A program made the translations under genes and the position numbers. From a virus (taxonomy: Duplodnaviria > Caudoviricetes): DNA of 64,000 nt. Positions 7,406 through 16,822 of this stretch are shown piece after piece. The notes under the pieces are model-generated. The model made no database searches, was not told the DNA's origin, and was given only the letters and a program-made list of their open reading frames with translations. Location of the stretch: the IMG/VR virus record IMGVR_UViG_3300043395_004688; one strand, written 5' to 3'. Each line of letters opens with the position of its first letter. The stretch's first letter is position 1.

Positions 7406-8263
7406 ATGATAGAACTAGAATACGCTGAGGTAACCTGGTTTTTAAATGGTTACTGCAAATTCCAATGCTCCTACTGCCCATCACTCTTTAAAAGTGGTGA
7501 GTTGAGCTTTTCAGTTGACCAGTATCTATCTGTCATTGAAAAATTGCAAAGCACAAGATACCAACACCACCCAAAAATATATTGGAAGCTAGGCGGCGGT
7601 GAACCTTTACATTATCCGCATCTGAGTACATTGTTAAAAAAAATAAAAGAACGACCATCATTTGTTAGACTTGATACCAGTGGTGACGATACTTGGTTTT
7701 CTTTGTACAGCGTTTTAAATTTCATTGACAAGGTAAAACTTACATACCATCCCTGGCAAAATGATGATGTGTTTGGCTTTGCACTTGAGCAATGCCAAGA
7801 AAAAAATATAGGGGTTTCAATTGTTATTCCTTTAACGCCCGGAAAGATTTACGAAGCCAAAGAAAAAGCACAGCACTATAAAGACCTAGGATATGTGTGC
7901 AGTGAGCAAATACTCTACGAAGAAGACGGTCGATTATATCAAGGATATAGCCAAGTAGATGAGAATAGAATTTATGGTCGCCCAGACGATTATGTTAGTG
8001 TTCCAGTGGTTCCAGTGTATACAGACCTAAGTGTACCTAATCAAGCAGATCCTGTTTACACGGGAAAGCCATGCTATGCAGGAGTAGACTGGTTGACTAT
8101 TAATCCTCGCGGCTTTGCATCATATAGTCAATGCGGTGGCAGAAGCGAACACTACAATGTATTTGATCCACAATGGCAACCACCTAGCAGTCATTTTGCT
8201 TGTACCGTAAACCAATGTAGAAACGAACAAGATCGTAGAAAAATTAGAATTGTTACCGAGTAG
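7406..8263 (+). CDS. Radical SAM protein with C-terminal SPASM/twitch-like Cys cluster
   Basis: CKFQCSYC (CxxxCxxC), GGGEPL; C-terminal KPCYAG...INPRG...SQC...CTVNQC. Confidence 0.9.
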   Translation: MIELEYAEVTWFLNGYCKFQCSYCPSLFKSGELSFSVDQYLSVIEKLQSTRYQHHPKIYWKLGGGEPLHYPHLSTLLKKIKERPSFVRLDTSGDDTWFSLYSVLNFIDKVKLTYHPWQNDDVFGFALEQCQEKNIGVSIVIPLTPGKIYEAKEKAQHYKDLGYVCSEQILYEEDGRLYQGYSQVDENRIYGRPDDYVSVPVVPVYTDLSVPNQADPVYTGKPCYAGVDWLTINPRGFASYSQCGGRSEHYNVFDPQWQPPSSHFACTVNQCRNEQDRRKIRIVTE

Positions 8264-8290
8264 AAACGCACCGCAAGGTGCGTTTTTTTT
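8264..8290 (+). terminator. Rho-independent terminator
   Basis: AAACGCACC-GCAA-GGTGCGTTT followed by a T-run. Confidence 0.9.
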
Positions 8291-8367
8291 GATTCCATTT
8301 TGGTTAAACCTTTGCAAAATTGGCTAATAAGTATTTCGTGGGTATACCATAACAATAGGAGATAAAC

Positions 8368-8607
8368 ATGGAAAACCAAGAACAGGCACAACAGCCAATT
8401 TCGCTCAATTTACAAGACCTTCGCGTACTAGCCGGTGCAGTAGAACTCGGCGCTACACGCGGTGCCTATCGTGCCAATGAAATGGAAATTGTTGGTGCTA
8501 CTTACAACAAGTTAGCATTATTTCTAAAGGCCAATACACCAGCAGAGCAGCCGGCTGAAGCAGGCGCACCTGCAGAAGTTACCGACGCACCTCAAGAAGC
8601 TGCTTAA
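8368..8607 (+). CDS. Small acidic hypothetical protein
   Basis: SD AGGAG; late hexamer TAAGTA at 8328-33; LQDL...RGAYRANEMEIVG..YNKL pattern recognised from T4-like phages. Confidence 0.75.
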   Translation: MENQEQAQQPISLNLQDLRVLAGAVELGATRGAYRANEMEIVGATYNKLALFLKANTPAEQPAEAGAPAEVTDAPQEAA

Positions 8608-8624
8608 ACTAAAAGGAGCCTTAT

Positions 8625-9248
8625 ATGGCAAAATTTATTAAACATGTTGGACAAAATTTACAAGGCAAAAAGGTTGTAGTTTTGTTTCGCGAAGTACCCG
8701 GAGAGCCCGAGAACTGCCTGGTAGTTCATACAGAAAAGCTACCAGCTAGCTATCACGACGATCTTATGCGAGCTGTTGAAAGTAATATTTGCCAGGATCA
8801 ACTTGACACTCATGACTTTCTTTTTAGACAGTCATTCCAGGACGGTACCAATATGCTAAACACCTTGCATCAGCAAGGTTGGATTGTCAAGGTGCCTACC
8901 AAGAGCATTCTTATGCGACCAACTCCCGGCGTTGAAATTAACCTAGTTGATCTCAATAAGGAACTCAAGCAAATTACAAATCAAGAAGCTGTACAGGGAA
9001 TTAAACGAGCACCTGTAGCAGCGGCTGCGCCAAGCACACCACCCGGCGTAATCAGCGACGAGCAATTGGCTGCTAAGTATCGTTCTCAGGCCAATACCTT
9101 TGAAGCTGAAGTACGCAGGTTGAGAGAAGAGGCAAACAAGCTTGACCCAAAAAGCGTGGTCGCGGGCGACCACCAAAGTCCAGCCCAGCCGGCGACCGAA
9201 GCCAAGAGAGGAAGGGGCCGGCCAGCCAAGGTTCAAGTCGTAAGTTAA
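8625..9248 (+). CDS. Hypothetical protein with C-terminal AT-hook
   Basis: SD AAGGAG; ends KRGRGRPAK (AT-hook motif). Confidence 0.75.
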   Translation: MAKFIKHVGQNLQGKKVVVLFREVPGEPENCLVVHTEKLPASYHDDLMRAVESNICQDQLDTHDFLFRQSFQDGTNMLNTLHQQGWIVKVPTKSILMRPTPGVEINLVDLNKELKQITNQEAVQGIKRAPVAAAAPSTPPGVISDEQLAAKYRSQANTFEAEVRRLREEANKLDPKSVVAGDHQSPAQPATEAKRGRGRPAKVQVVS

Positions 9249-9285
9249 CTTGGCTTGATCGTCTTAGGTCTTTTTGGAACTAACA

Positions 9286-9588
9286 ATGAGCATTCGCAAA
9301 AAAGATCGCAGCTTTGAAGACATGCTTCGAGAGATACATGTTGAGGAAGTACCTGTGGAATACATTGAATGGATCAAGGTCTATTTAGATGATGGCACAG
9401 AAATTGTCTTCAAGCAAAAAGATCTATCTGAAATTAAAACTAGCAAAGAAGTACTGGGTATCAAACAGCTAGAACAATACCTAGATCGTATTGTAGATTT
9501 TGAAGTAATGATGAACAGTGAACTTATCAAGTCTAAGGTCACTAGATTTGTAGGTGCTTTGTTAGCCACGCACTTTAATCAGGATTAA
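9286..9588 (+). CDS. Hypothetical protein
   Basis: ORF within the operon; acidic; start set at ATG 9286. Confidence 0.7.
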   Translation: MSIRKKDRSFEDMLREIHVEEVPVEYIEWIKVYLDDGTEIVFKQKDLSEIKTSKEVLGIKQLEQYLDRIVDFEVMMNSELIKSKVTRFVGALLATHFNQD

Positions 9589-9591
9589 ATT

Positions 9592-10296
9592 ATGATTGAT
9601 TTATTATTAGTAAACCCACCAGAACATGCTTACAATTTAATGCCTTCATTTAGGTCTCAGGGGCTAGACTGTAAGGTAGTGATAACCCCAGGCTATGCAG
9701 ATCAGGCCGCTTTTGTGCAGGATGACGGAAATAATATTTCACTGTCATCTGTTGATAGTGTTACCACTGCATTGGCATTTGGGCCAAATGGCCAACGAAT
9801 CGTTGAAGGATTGAATTCTGCCGGTAAGATTGTTTTGGGAAACATTTCTAGTCCTAGTCACTTTCAGCGTCGTTTACAGTACTATCACACTGAAAAAGCA
9901 AATACTGGAACATGGAAATTTGAATTAGTATCTTTTAAAGGTAGGCATGTACTTGCTTATGCTAAATTTTATAATGAAGCATACGGCTGGAAACTAATTG
10001 ATAGAACAAAACAAGACCTTCCGTTTTTCTCCGGAAGAATTGAAGAAGTTTTTGAGTTTGCTGATCACATGGGCATACAAAATGGCCCATCGCAAATCTA
10101 CATAGACAACGAATCAAATTTTCGCTGTAGATTTTGTTTTGGATGGGAAGCATCAGCTGGGTTCCAAAAGCATTTTGAACACATATGGCCTAGTGTATTA
10201 CTTCACACGAAGGAAGAACCAAAAAAAGCAGCAGCGGCCTTTTACAATTGGGCAGACCGCAACGGTTCTTCTAAGAGATTTGATGTTAAGAAATAA
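9592..10296 (+). CDS. Degenerate ATP-grasp-like protein
   Basis: FELVSFKGRHVL and MGIQNGPSQIYI resemble the ATP-grasp_4 C-domain (E-vs-dG-h; lGi-nGp-H-E), but the catalytic E-x-N is not evident. Confidence 0.45.
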   Translation: MIDLLLVNPPEHAYNLMPSFRSQGLDCKVVITPGYADQAAFVQDDGNNISLSSVDSVTTALAFGPNGQRIVEGLNSAGKIVLGNISSPSHFQRRLQYYHTEKANTGTWKFELVSFKGRHVLAYAKFYNEAYGWKLIDRTKQDLPFFSGRIEEVFEFADHMGIQNGPSQIYIDNESNFRCRFCFGWEASAGFQKHFEHIWPSVLLHTKEEPKKAAAAFYNWADRNGSSKRFDVKK

Positions 10297-10299
10297 TTC

Positions 10300-10752
10300 T
10301 TAGTGTCTTTTTAAAGTTCCAAACATCCAGTCCCACACAGGACTAAACAATCCAAAATTAACACGAGTATCCCAGTGGTGAACCAAATGCCATTTACCAC
10401 TGGTAATCCATGGGTACCAATCAAACTTTGGATTATGCTCAATGGTTTCCTGTATAAATGCTGCCCAGAAGTAATAGAATACACTAATCCACCAATGCCC
10501 TGTAATCCAACTGAACACTAGTGTGGGAATAACTTCAGTGATCCACAGATCTAGTGTACTCATCCAAGTGTCATTGAATAAGAATATGTTATTCCAGTGC
10601 CATTTGGTTTGTTCGTGAGTGTTTATATACTTGTGGTGGTCGGCGTGAGCTAAGAATGCCAGCGGAAAGTAGCTGAGGCCTACAGCATGTATGGCACGAT
10701 GTATAATGTACAGATAAAGCGTCCAAGCAAGAAAAACTACAAAATAGATCAT
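10300..10752 (-). CDS. Fatty-acid hydroxylase / sterol desaturase superfamily membrane enzyme
   Basis: His boxes HRAIH, HADHH, HLVHH plus hydrophobic helices; TAAGTA 5 nt before ATG 10752. Confidence 0.85.
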   Translation of the reverse strand: MIYFVVFLAWTLYLYIIHRAIHAVGLSYFPLAFLAHADHHKYINTHEQTKWHWNNIFLFNDTWMSTLDLWITEVIPTLVFSWITGHWWISVFYYFWAAFIQETIEHNPKFDWYPWITSGKWHLVHHWDTRVNFGLFSPVWDWMFGTLKRH

Positions 10753-10802
10753 GCTAGTACTTAGCAAGCAAATTTAATCATATAATGCCTAATAAATAAA
10801 AC

Positions 10803-11315
10803 ATGCTTTTATACGAACGAACCAACATACCAAATTGGAAACTGATTCAAGAAAAGTTTTCTTACTTAGAAACTGCAAGGTCAGGCAGCGAATGGATCTA
10901 CCTTTTAGATAACAATGAAATTGCCGAGCTAACGAAATTGCTCCCTGTATATCCAGAAAGAAAAATAAAATCTGTACTGGCATTTAGTCAAGGACCATTG
11001 GGTGTACAGGAGATACATGTTGACGGCTACAGCGCAAAAAGAACTCGCTCCAGTAATAGCGCATTAAACATACCAATCAAATCCAGTGGTAGAATGACCT
11101 GGTATCGTGGAAAGTATGAATTAGAAGAAGCGTCAACCAGTAAGGTAAAATACCTTAAACTAAATTGGATTAGTGAGCCTGCTATACAAAATAGTGTAAC
11201 AATTGATTCACCTACTATTGTTAAAATTGATGTTCCTCATCGTGTTACCAACTTGGACAATGATTCAAGGATAGTACTGAGTGTAAGATTTTCTCCGGAC
11301 ATAGCCATTGGGTAA
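10803..11315 (+). CDS. 2OG-Fe(II) oxygenase-like protein
   Basis: IHVDG (HxD), ALNIPI, VPHRVTN (distal His), RIVLSVRF (2OG-binding Arg); TAAATA 10793-98. Confidence 0.7.
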   Translation: MLLYERTNIPNWKLIQEKFSYLETARSGSEWIYLLDNNEIAELTKLLPVYPERKIKSVLAFSQGPLGVQEIHVDGYSAKRTRSSNSALNIPIKSSGRMTWYRGKYELEEASTSKVKYLKLNWISEPAIQNSVTIDSPTIVKIDVPHRVTNLDNDSRIVLSVRFSPDIAIG

Positions 11316-11363
11316 ACAAACAGCTCTTGTGTTCATACATAAAAAGGTAACAGGAGAATTACC

Positions 11364-11984
11364 ATGAAGTGGCTAGCACTTGCTTGCTCTGCTGAAAACG
11401 AAGTACTTGCTTGCTCTGAGAGTTTACCATTGGTTGAAAGTGCGTGCCTCAACGATTTTAGAGCCATCTCTAGAATTTACGGACTTTCAGAGTCTGAGGC
11501 AAATGAACTCAAGAATGGTAATTTTAATTTTCGCATAGAGTTTAATGGTCCAAGAAATACCAAGTTGGTACCTCATCAGAAATCAGAAGATCTTGAATTA
11601 TTAAGCAAACAATTGCGCGGGCGAGTGCAGCTAATGCATGAGCTACATCAACGACTAGCACATGGACATAAAAGATTCCTTGATGTTGTACCTTGGCAAC
11701 AAGAAGCATACGAAGAAAAATATGTTGAAGCACAGGCCGTCATTGACGGAGTAACAGCAGAGTCCGGTATGGTATCTGACTATGCAGAAGAAAGCGGCCT
11801 AACAATCAATGTTGCCGCTGGTATTATTGTAAACAAATATCTGAATAGAAAATTTTTGCTTCGCAAACTTGAAAGGCTGCGAATTAGACATCAAATTGCT
11901 ATTCGTAATGCCAGTACCAAAGAAGACTTTGATCGGTGTCGTTCTGCAATGGACGAAGATGCCTTTTTGTCAATGATGATGTAA
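11364..11984 (+). CDS. Hypothetical protein; C-terminus resembles tail-fibre assembly chaperones
   Basis: SD CAGGAG; YEEKYVEAQA...YAEESG..I..K...LERLRIRHQIAIRNAST helical pattern. Confidence 0.6.
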   Translation: MKWLALACSAENEVLACSESLPLVESACLNDFRAISRIYGLSESEANELKNGNFNFRIEFNGPRNTKLVPHQKSEDLELLSKQLRGRVQLMHELHQRLAHGHKRFLDVVPWQQEAYEEKYVEAQAVIDGVTAESGMVSDYAEESGLTINVAAGIIVNKYLNRKFLLRKLERLRIRHQIAIRNASTKEDFDRCRSAMDEDAFLSMMM

Positions 11985-11986
11985 CT

Positions 11987-13051
11987 ATGAAAAAATTACT
12001 CTACTACATTCCACATCGTCTGTATCAGACAAAACCAGACATTGACCCAGCAACAAAATCGTTTGTGCAAATGTTCAATCCTTGGATCAGTTTGCACGAC
12101 CGCACTGGTACATTAAACATTCCAGGTATTGATGTACACAACAATAGTCCAATACCCAATAAGCCCGCTACTGTACCTACATTCAGTGCTGCCAGCTATC
12201 AACGCATTGATGAGTGCATTGAACTTTTTAAAACAAAGAACAAACAAAGACTTGTTGTCTTTTTTAGCGGCGGCATTGATAGTACTCTGATTGTTTCGTT
12301 ACTAATCAGTCATCCCCATTGGGCAGATATTAAAGAATCTGTTTGGTGTGCAGTAAATGAAGATAGTCAAGTTGAAAACAGTGAGTTTTTTAATGAAATT
12401 ATATTGCCCCACTTTGGAACAAGGCTGTTGCCAAGCAATAACTTCTATGGCATTATCAATGATCCGCTAAATCTATGCATAACCGGAGAGTGTGCTGATA
12501 ATTTGTTTGGTAGCTTGACTTTAAAAAGCTATATGGATCGCACAGGAAATTTTGATGCTATCCATGGAAACTGGGAATACGAATCTTTACACTGGTTGCT
12601 AGACAAACAAGAAGACTACCGAGATGAGCGTGAACAAATGCTCTACGACTTAGTTAATGCAGCACCTCTACCCATTGAAACTAATCACGATTTCCTATGG
12701 TGGATTAACTTTACCTGCAAATGGCAAGCAGTTAAGTATCGTCTAAGTATGCATTCTCCTAGCGCCAGAGAAGCAGAGTACATGGCTGGAAATATTGTTA
12801 ACTTTTTTGATACTGTTGCGTATCAAGAATGGGCGTTGTATTCCACAGAACCTAAGGTAGGAGATCGGTGGAATACCTATAAACTACCAGCCAAACAATT
12901 GATCAATGATATCTGGCTGAACGAGCGATACTTTAAGTACAAGACCAAATGGCCTAGCTTGCCCAGCATCACTCGCTACAACAACGCCTGGGGATTTTTG
13001 TGGCAGAACGAAGATGGGTCATTGACTGCCACAAAGTCGTTAAACGACTAA
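11987..13051 (+). CDS. Asparagine-synthetase C-domain-like N-type ATP pyrophosphatase, no glutaminase domain
   Basis: FFSGGIDS PP-loop and ITGECADNLFGS (AsnB GEGADELFGG motif). Confidence 0.75.
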   Translation: MKKLLYYIPHRLYQTKPDIDPATKSFVQMFNPWISLHDRTGTLNIPGIDVHNNSPIPNKPATVPTFSAASYQRIDECIELFKTKNKQRLVVFFSGGIDSTLIVSLLISHPHWADIKESVWCAVNEDSQVENSEFFNEIILPHFGTRLLPSNNFYGIINDPLNLCITGECADNLFGSLTLKSYMDRTGNFDAIHGNWEYESLHWLLDKQEDYRDEREQMLYDLVNAAPLPIETNHDFLWWINFTCKWQAVKYRLSMHSPSAREAEYMAGNIVNFFDTVAYQEWALYSTEPKVGDRWNTYKLPAKQLINDIWLNERYFKYKTKWPSLPSITRYNNAWGFLWQNEDGSLTATKSLND

Positions 13052-13705
13052 ATCTTTTGCCATTGGAAAAATTTCAGCAATAACCTGAGCACAAGCTTTG
13101 GCAATTTCTTGGTGCTCTTTCTGAGTTCCATTGGCACTTCTCAGTTCAATAAAGTGAACCCAGCTTCGTAATGTGCCATTCATATACAAGCGACTTTCAA
13201 TAAGTCCTTCGGGCAGTACTGCTCGTGCTTGCTCCTTGGCTATACCGTTAGCGATAGCCCACTCGTACTCTCTTTTTGCAGCAAAGATGACTCGTTGTTG
13301 AGCACGATACCATTCATTTTGTAGCATTGTATCATTCGTTTCAATGCTGTTTTGTCTATTTTTTGTGTCTTGCAGTCTTGCTTCTCTACAAACAAACGAG
13401 AGATCCTGAGTAGGATCAGCATATCGTTGGCTGAACTCTTGGAAGCTAAAGCTTCTGTGTCGAAGGATTTGTCTTGCAATATCTCTTGTAGTAGTGATTT
13501 CCATGCAGGCTGAGACCATTTCGAGTGGTGACCAGTGCTGGTGCTTGATGAGGTATCTGATGAGCTTTTCGGATGTGTCTGTGTTGAATTGGTTGCTAGG
13601 GTTGCTGACACGGGCGCAATACGCAATGAGTTCCTGTGCATCTGTGATGCCTTTGTTGGCAAATTGCTCTGTGGGCTTGGAGTAGCTGAGTAGTTGAACA
13701 TTCAT
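13040..13705 (-). CDS. thyX: Flavin-dependent thymidylate synthase
   Basis: ARVSN, HWSPLE, RHRSFSFQEFSQRY (RHR-x7-S-x-R), ARAVLP, NGTLRSW. Confidence 0.97.
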   Translation of the reverse strand: MNVQLLSYSKPTEQFANKGITDAQELIAYCARVSNPSNQFNTDTSEKLIRYLIKHQHWSPLEMVSACMEITTTRDIARQILRHRSFSFQEFSQRYADPTQDLSFVCREARLQDTKNRQNSIETNDTMLQNEWYRAQQRVIFAAKREYEWAIANGIAKEQARAVLPEGLIESRLYMNGTLRSWVHFIELRSANGTQKEHQEIAKACAQVIAEIFPMAKDLVV

Positions 13706-14598
13706 TTAGTTTCTCTTTCTTGTTGCTTTTCTAATATAGCATTTTTTCTTAGATTCCACAAGCGTTTTGATTCCTCTACAGGCGCAAATGGCAACATTAA
13801 AATCATGCACGGATCAAACTCATGAGGACGACCGCTTACACTGGTGCCAAAATCAAAACTGCTGGCCTTTTGATGATGATTGTTGTGCCAACCGCTACCC
13901 CAGTGAAAATATCCTAGCCACCATACATTGGTGCTGACATCTCTGTTATCAAAGTTCTTGTAGCCTGCTCGGCTGACATGACCAAAGGTATTGACTAAAC
14001 CATCGGCATGCAAACTCATTAACGCACCAATAACAAAGAACCAAACAGTAAATGTTAGCCCAAACAAAAGATAGCTGATTGCCAATGTGCCGTAGATTAC
14101 CTTGTTGTAATTTTCATGAATAAAGGTAATGCGCCTATCTCTCAGCAAGTCAACTGCATAGCGGAAGCTTACACTACCCTGATCAATGCCAAATTGCCAA
14201 CCCATGTAACTGTGCAGCCAACCATTTTCTACAGGAGTGTGGATGTCTTTTCCGGGTTGATCACTTACACGATGATGATGACCACGATGCAAAGCAGCCC
14301 ACCAAAGAGGGCTTCCTTCGCCAACCATGGTTGCAGCCCAAAGCAAAAAAGGTTCAGCAGCTTTTCTTGGCGTCCACGACTTGTGACTTAACCAGCGATG
14401 CAATGTTAGATTATTGCCAACACCGTCAAGCAAGATCCAGCCACACACGGCCCAAACAGGATACCACCAACTCCAATCTTGCAATGCATAGATCACTGCA
14501 AGAATTGCTGCCACATGATAGGGCAACCAAATAGCAATAATATAAGGCACTTGTTTGGTTTTTAGATACAGCTCTTTTTGTTTAATCAACCAGTTCAT
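13702..14598 (-). CDS. Delta-9 acyl-lipid/acyl-CoA desaturase (DesC/OLE1-like)
   Basis: His boxes HRWLSH, HRGHHH, GWHNNHH; LVNTFGH; transmembrane segments. Confidence 0.9.
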   Translation of the reverse strand: MNWLIKQKELYLKTKQVPYIIAIWLPYHVAAILAVIYALQDWSWWYPVWAVCGWILLDGVGNNLTLHRWLSHKSWTPRKAAEPFLLWAATMVGEGSPLWWAALHRGHHHRVSDQPGKDIHTPVENGWLHSYMGWQFGIDQGSVSFRYAVDLLRDRRITFIHENYNKVIYGTLAISYLLFGLTFTVWFFVIGALMSLHADGLVNTFGHVSRAGYKNFDNRDVSTNVWWLGYFHWGSGWHNNHHQKASSFDFGTSVSGRPHEFDPCMILMLPFAPVEESKRLWNLRKNAILEKQQERETK

Positions 14599-15235
14599 TT
14601 TTTTCCTGCGTACTGTTAGAGTTTGTATTTAATACCTTAGGGTCTGTGTTTTGTCGTCGAAGAATATACCTTCTTAAACTCATATCATGAGGATGCAAAG
14701 TTTGGCCCATTAAAGAATATATAAACCCATACGGACTTCTTTCTTTGGCAGGTACTGTGCATTCAACAAAAGTGTAATATTTTTCACGAAACGGCAACAT
14801 AATTTTACTGTATGCTGATTCTCTCGAACTTGGATAAGTTACAAAAAATTCATTGAAGCCAATAGATTCGTGTAAACAGGCCAACTGTGACATGAGTTCT
14901 CTAAAACATGCTATAAATTTAAAATTGTTACGCGGACTCAAAACCCAAGCCACGGACCAACTTGGCCAATTTTCAAACCTGGTTACTCCTGCGGCTATAA
15001 TATACTTTCCATTGTCATCAACTAATGCAAATGCCTGCCTGATGTTGTGATTAGCAAAAGAACTTGGCAATGTGAAAGCTTTGTAGAATTTTTTTCTTTT
15101 GCCAGCATCATCAATATCTGTTGAAAATCTAAATTCTGGGTATTTGTCTGCGTCTGTATTTTGATATACCAGTTCGGCAAATTCCAGCAGAGACGACAAG
15201 TTGTCTGAGTCAATTTCAATCAAGCGATATGACAT
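14582..15235 (-). CDS. Hypothetical protein, possible GNAT fold
   Basis: Strand pattern AFALVDDNGKYIIAAGV / SWSVAWVLS / GFNEFFVTY is typical of acyltransferase folds. Confidence 0.45.
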   Translation of the reverse strand: MSYRLIEIDSDNLSSLLEFAELVYQNTDADKYPEFRFSTDIDDAGKRKKFYKAFTLPSSFANHNIRQAFALVDDNGKYIIAAGVTRFENWPSWSVAWVLSPRNNFKFIACFRELMSQLACLHESIGFNEFFVTYPSSRESAYSKIMLPFREKYYTFVECTVPAKERSPYGFIYSLMGQTLHPHDMSLRRYILRRQNTDPKVLNTNSNSTQEKNELVD

Positions 15236-16167
15236 AGTGTCTTTTTTCCATTTAATAAGTTATATCTAAGCTCAAGCGCATCAACTTGGTAAAGCCTGGG
15301 ATTAAATTTACAAGTTGCAACCGAAGCATTGTACTCAACCTGATCCCAAAGGTGCTTGTAGTTTTCTATGCCAAACCATTTGGGCCTCTGACGGAAACTG
15401 TATCCTAGATGGCTGTAAATTTTCATCTTGCTTGATGTCCAACCAAGCTTGCCAGGAATTCTGTCGTTGATTAGATCATCAACTGTTGGTATTTGTAAAA
15501 AAGCCAGCATTGATTCAGGGCTATAAGAATAAAAATTATTCAACGCCGGGATGCCAGTGCGATCGTTGAATCTACGCCAGCAGCCATCTTGATCTTCTTT
15601 TTTTACAAAAACCCATTGGTTAGAAGTATTACCTGTTTTCCAATCCACTGAATAAGATTTTTCAAGTTCTATTTCATCAATGGTAATCATTGGCATTGCA
15701 AATGCTTCAGCAACATCTAATAGCATTTGTTGATAAAGAGTGTATGCTTGATACCTACGACCTACTTCATAGCAGCGACCAGAATAAACAAAATCTTCTA
15801 GATCAAAATTAATAACAGTATATGAGATGTTCATCTCATTTAACATTTTCATCATTGGTCCAATGTCGTGAAGATTTCCTTCGCCATAGAACTTTACTGT
15901 TGCTATTCTTGGAGTTATGCCTGCTGCTAAAAAGCTTCTCAGCGCCATTTCGCAGTCAAGTCCTCCGCTCATAAAAAGTGTTAGGTCAGGGTATTCTTTG
16001 TGTAAGGCGCGAGCAGTTCTAATAAGCTCTGCTCGCAAGCTCATTGGCTTTCGTGTACAAATGCCAATCTCCATAGTGGTAGTGTCAAGGTCGTTGGCTC
16101 TCCAAACCTGCTGCGGATCTTGATTATAATAGTATAACAGGTGATTGTTTTCAGTGTTATTAATCAT
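15220..16167 (-). CDS. Second N-type ATP pyrophosphatase-like (AsnB/QueC superfamily) protein
   Basis: LFMSGGLDCE PP-loop variant near the N-terminus. Confidence 0.65.
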   Translation of the reverse strand: MINNTENNHLLYYYNQDPQQVWRANDLDTTTMEIGICTRKPMSLRAELIRTARALHKEYPDLTLFMSGGLDCEMALRSFLAAGITPRIATVKFYGEGNLHDIGPMMKMLNEMNISYTVINFDLEDFVYSGRCYEVGRRYQAYTLYQQMLLDVAEAFAMPMITIDEIELEKSYSVDWKTGNTSNQWVFVKKEDQDGCWRRFNDRTGIPALNNFYSYSPESMLAFLQIPTVDDLINDRIPGKLGWTSSKMKIYSHLGYSFRQRPKWFGIENYKHLWDQVEYNASVATCKFNPRLYQVDALELRYNLLNGKKTLCHIA

Positions 16168-16808
16168 GCGCTTACATAAGGACTTGTACGAGCAACTCCG
16201 TACTTTTTGTCAATTTCCAGCACCAGTTCATCAAGGTCAACAATGTAGTTGTTTGACACAGGTTTAATTACTGCCCACTGTGGTGTGTTGAATAAGCGTA
16301 CCATTCGAGGTAATACCACACAGTTATTCCACCAATTGCTCCATACTCGCCCTAATGGTCTGCCTTGACCTGAGCTGATTCTAGCAATAGTACTGTATAT
16401 CCACTTGTTGTAGTTGTTAAAAGAAAGTATCATGCCCTTTTTACATTTTTCCTGGCACCAGTTTAAATTGGCTGCTAACAAGTAATTGCTGACTTCGTTG
16501 TTGAGTCGATAGTCCTTGAGCAGCCAACAACGATTGCCTCCTGAGCCCAATTCAACATGAAGTGTGCTGTGCTCAACGCAACTGACTCCGACAATCTGAT
16601 CACGGTCATATAAAAACGCAATATGACCCTGACCTCGGAACCATCGAAGCCGTTGTTGTGCAATATACATTAGCCCTGCCGGAGCATCATAGCCCATGTT
16701 ACCAAGAGCAGGTGCGTCAGAGGTAGCGATACGATCCAAAAAAACTTGGTAGTCTTTTAAGAAAGGATCAATGTTATCAGAATAAGCTAATTCAACACGC
16801 AGGCTCAT
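16164..16808 (-). CDS. GNAT-family acyltransferase-like protein
   Basis: IAFLYDRDQIVGVSCVE, RCWLLKDYR (motif A-like), MILSFNNYNKWI (motif B-like); SD ACAGGA before ATG 16808. Confidence 0.6.
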   Translation of the reverse strand: MSLRVELAYSDNIDPFLKDYQVFLDRIATSDAPALGNMGYDAPAGLMYIAQQRLRWFRGQGHIAFLYDRDQIVGVSCVEHSTLHVELGSGGNRCWLLKDYRLNNEVSNYLLAANLNWCQEKCKKGMILSFNNYNKWIYSTIARISSGQGRPLGRVWSNWWNNCVVLPRMVRLFNTPQWAVIKPVSNNYIVDLDELVLEIDKKYGVARTSPYVSA

Positions 16809-16822
16809 CCTGTATGTATCAG

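Noticed and set aside
8368-8607. Small protein as a RiPP precursor for the enzyme cluster
   Set aside because: Looks like a common helical T4-like phage protein, with no leader/core pattern.
11987-16167. 7-deazaguanine (QueC) DNA-modification system
   Set aside because: The SGGxD proteins lack the QueC C-terminal Cys cluster, and no folE, queD, queE-like partner set or dpdA is recognisable here; the AsnB-type motif fits better.
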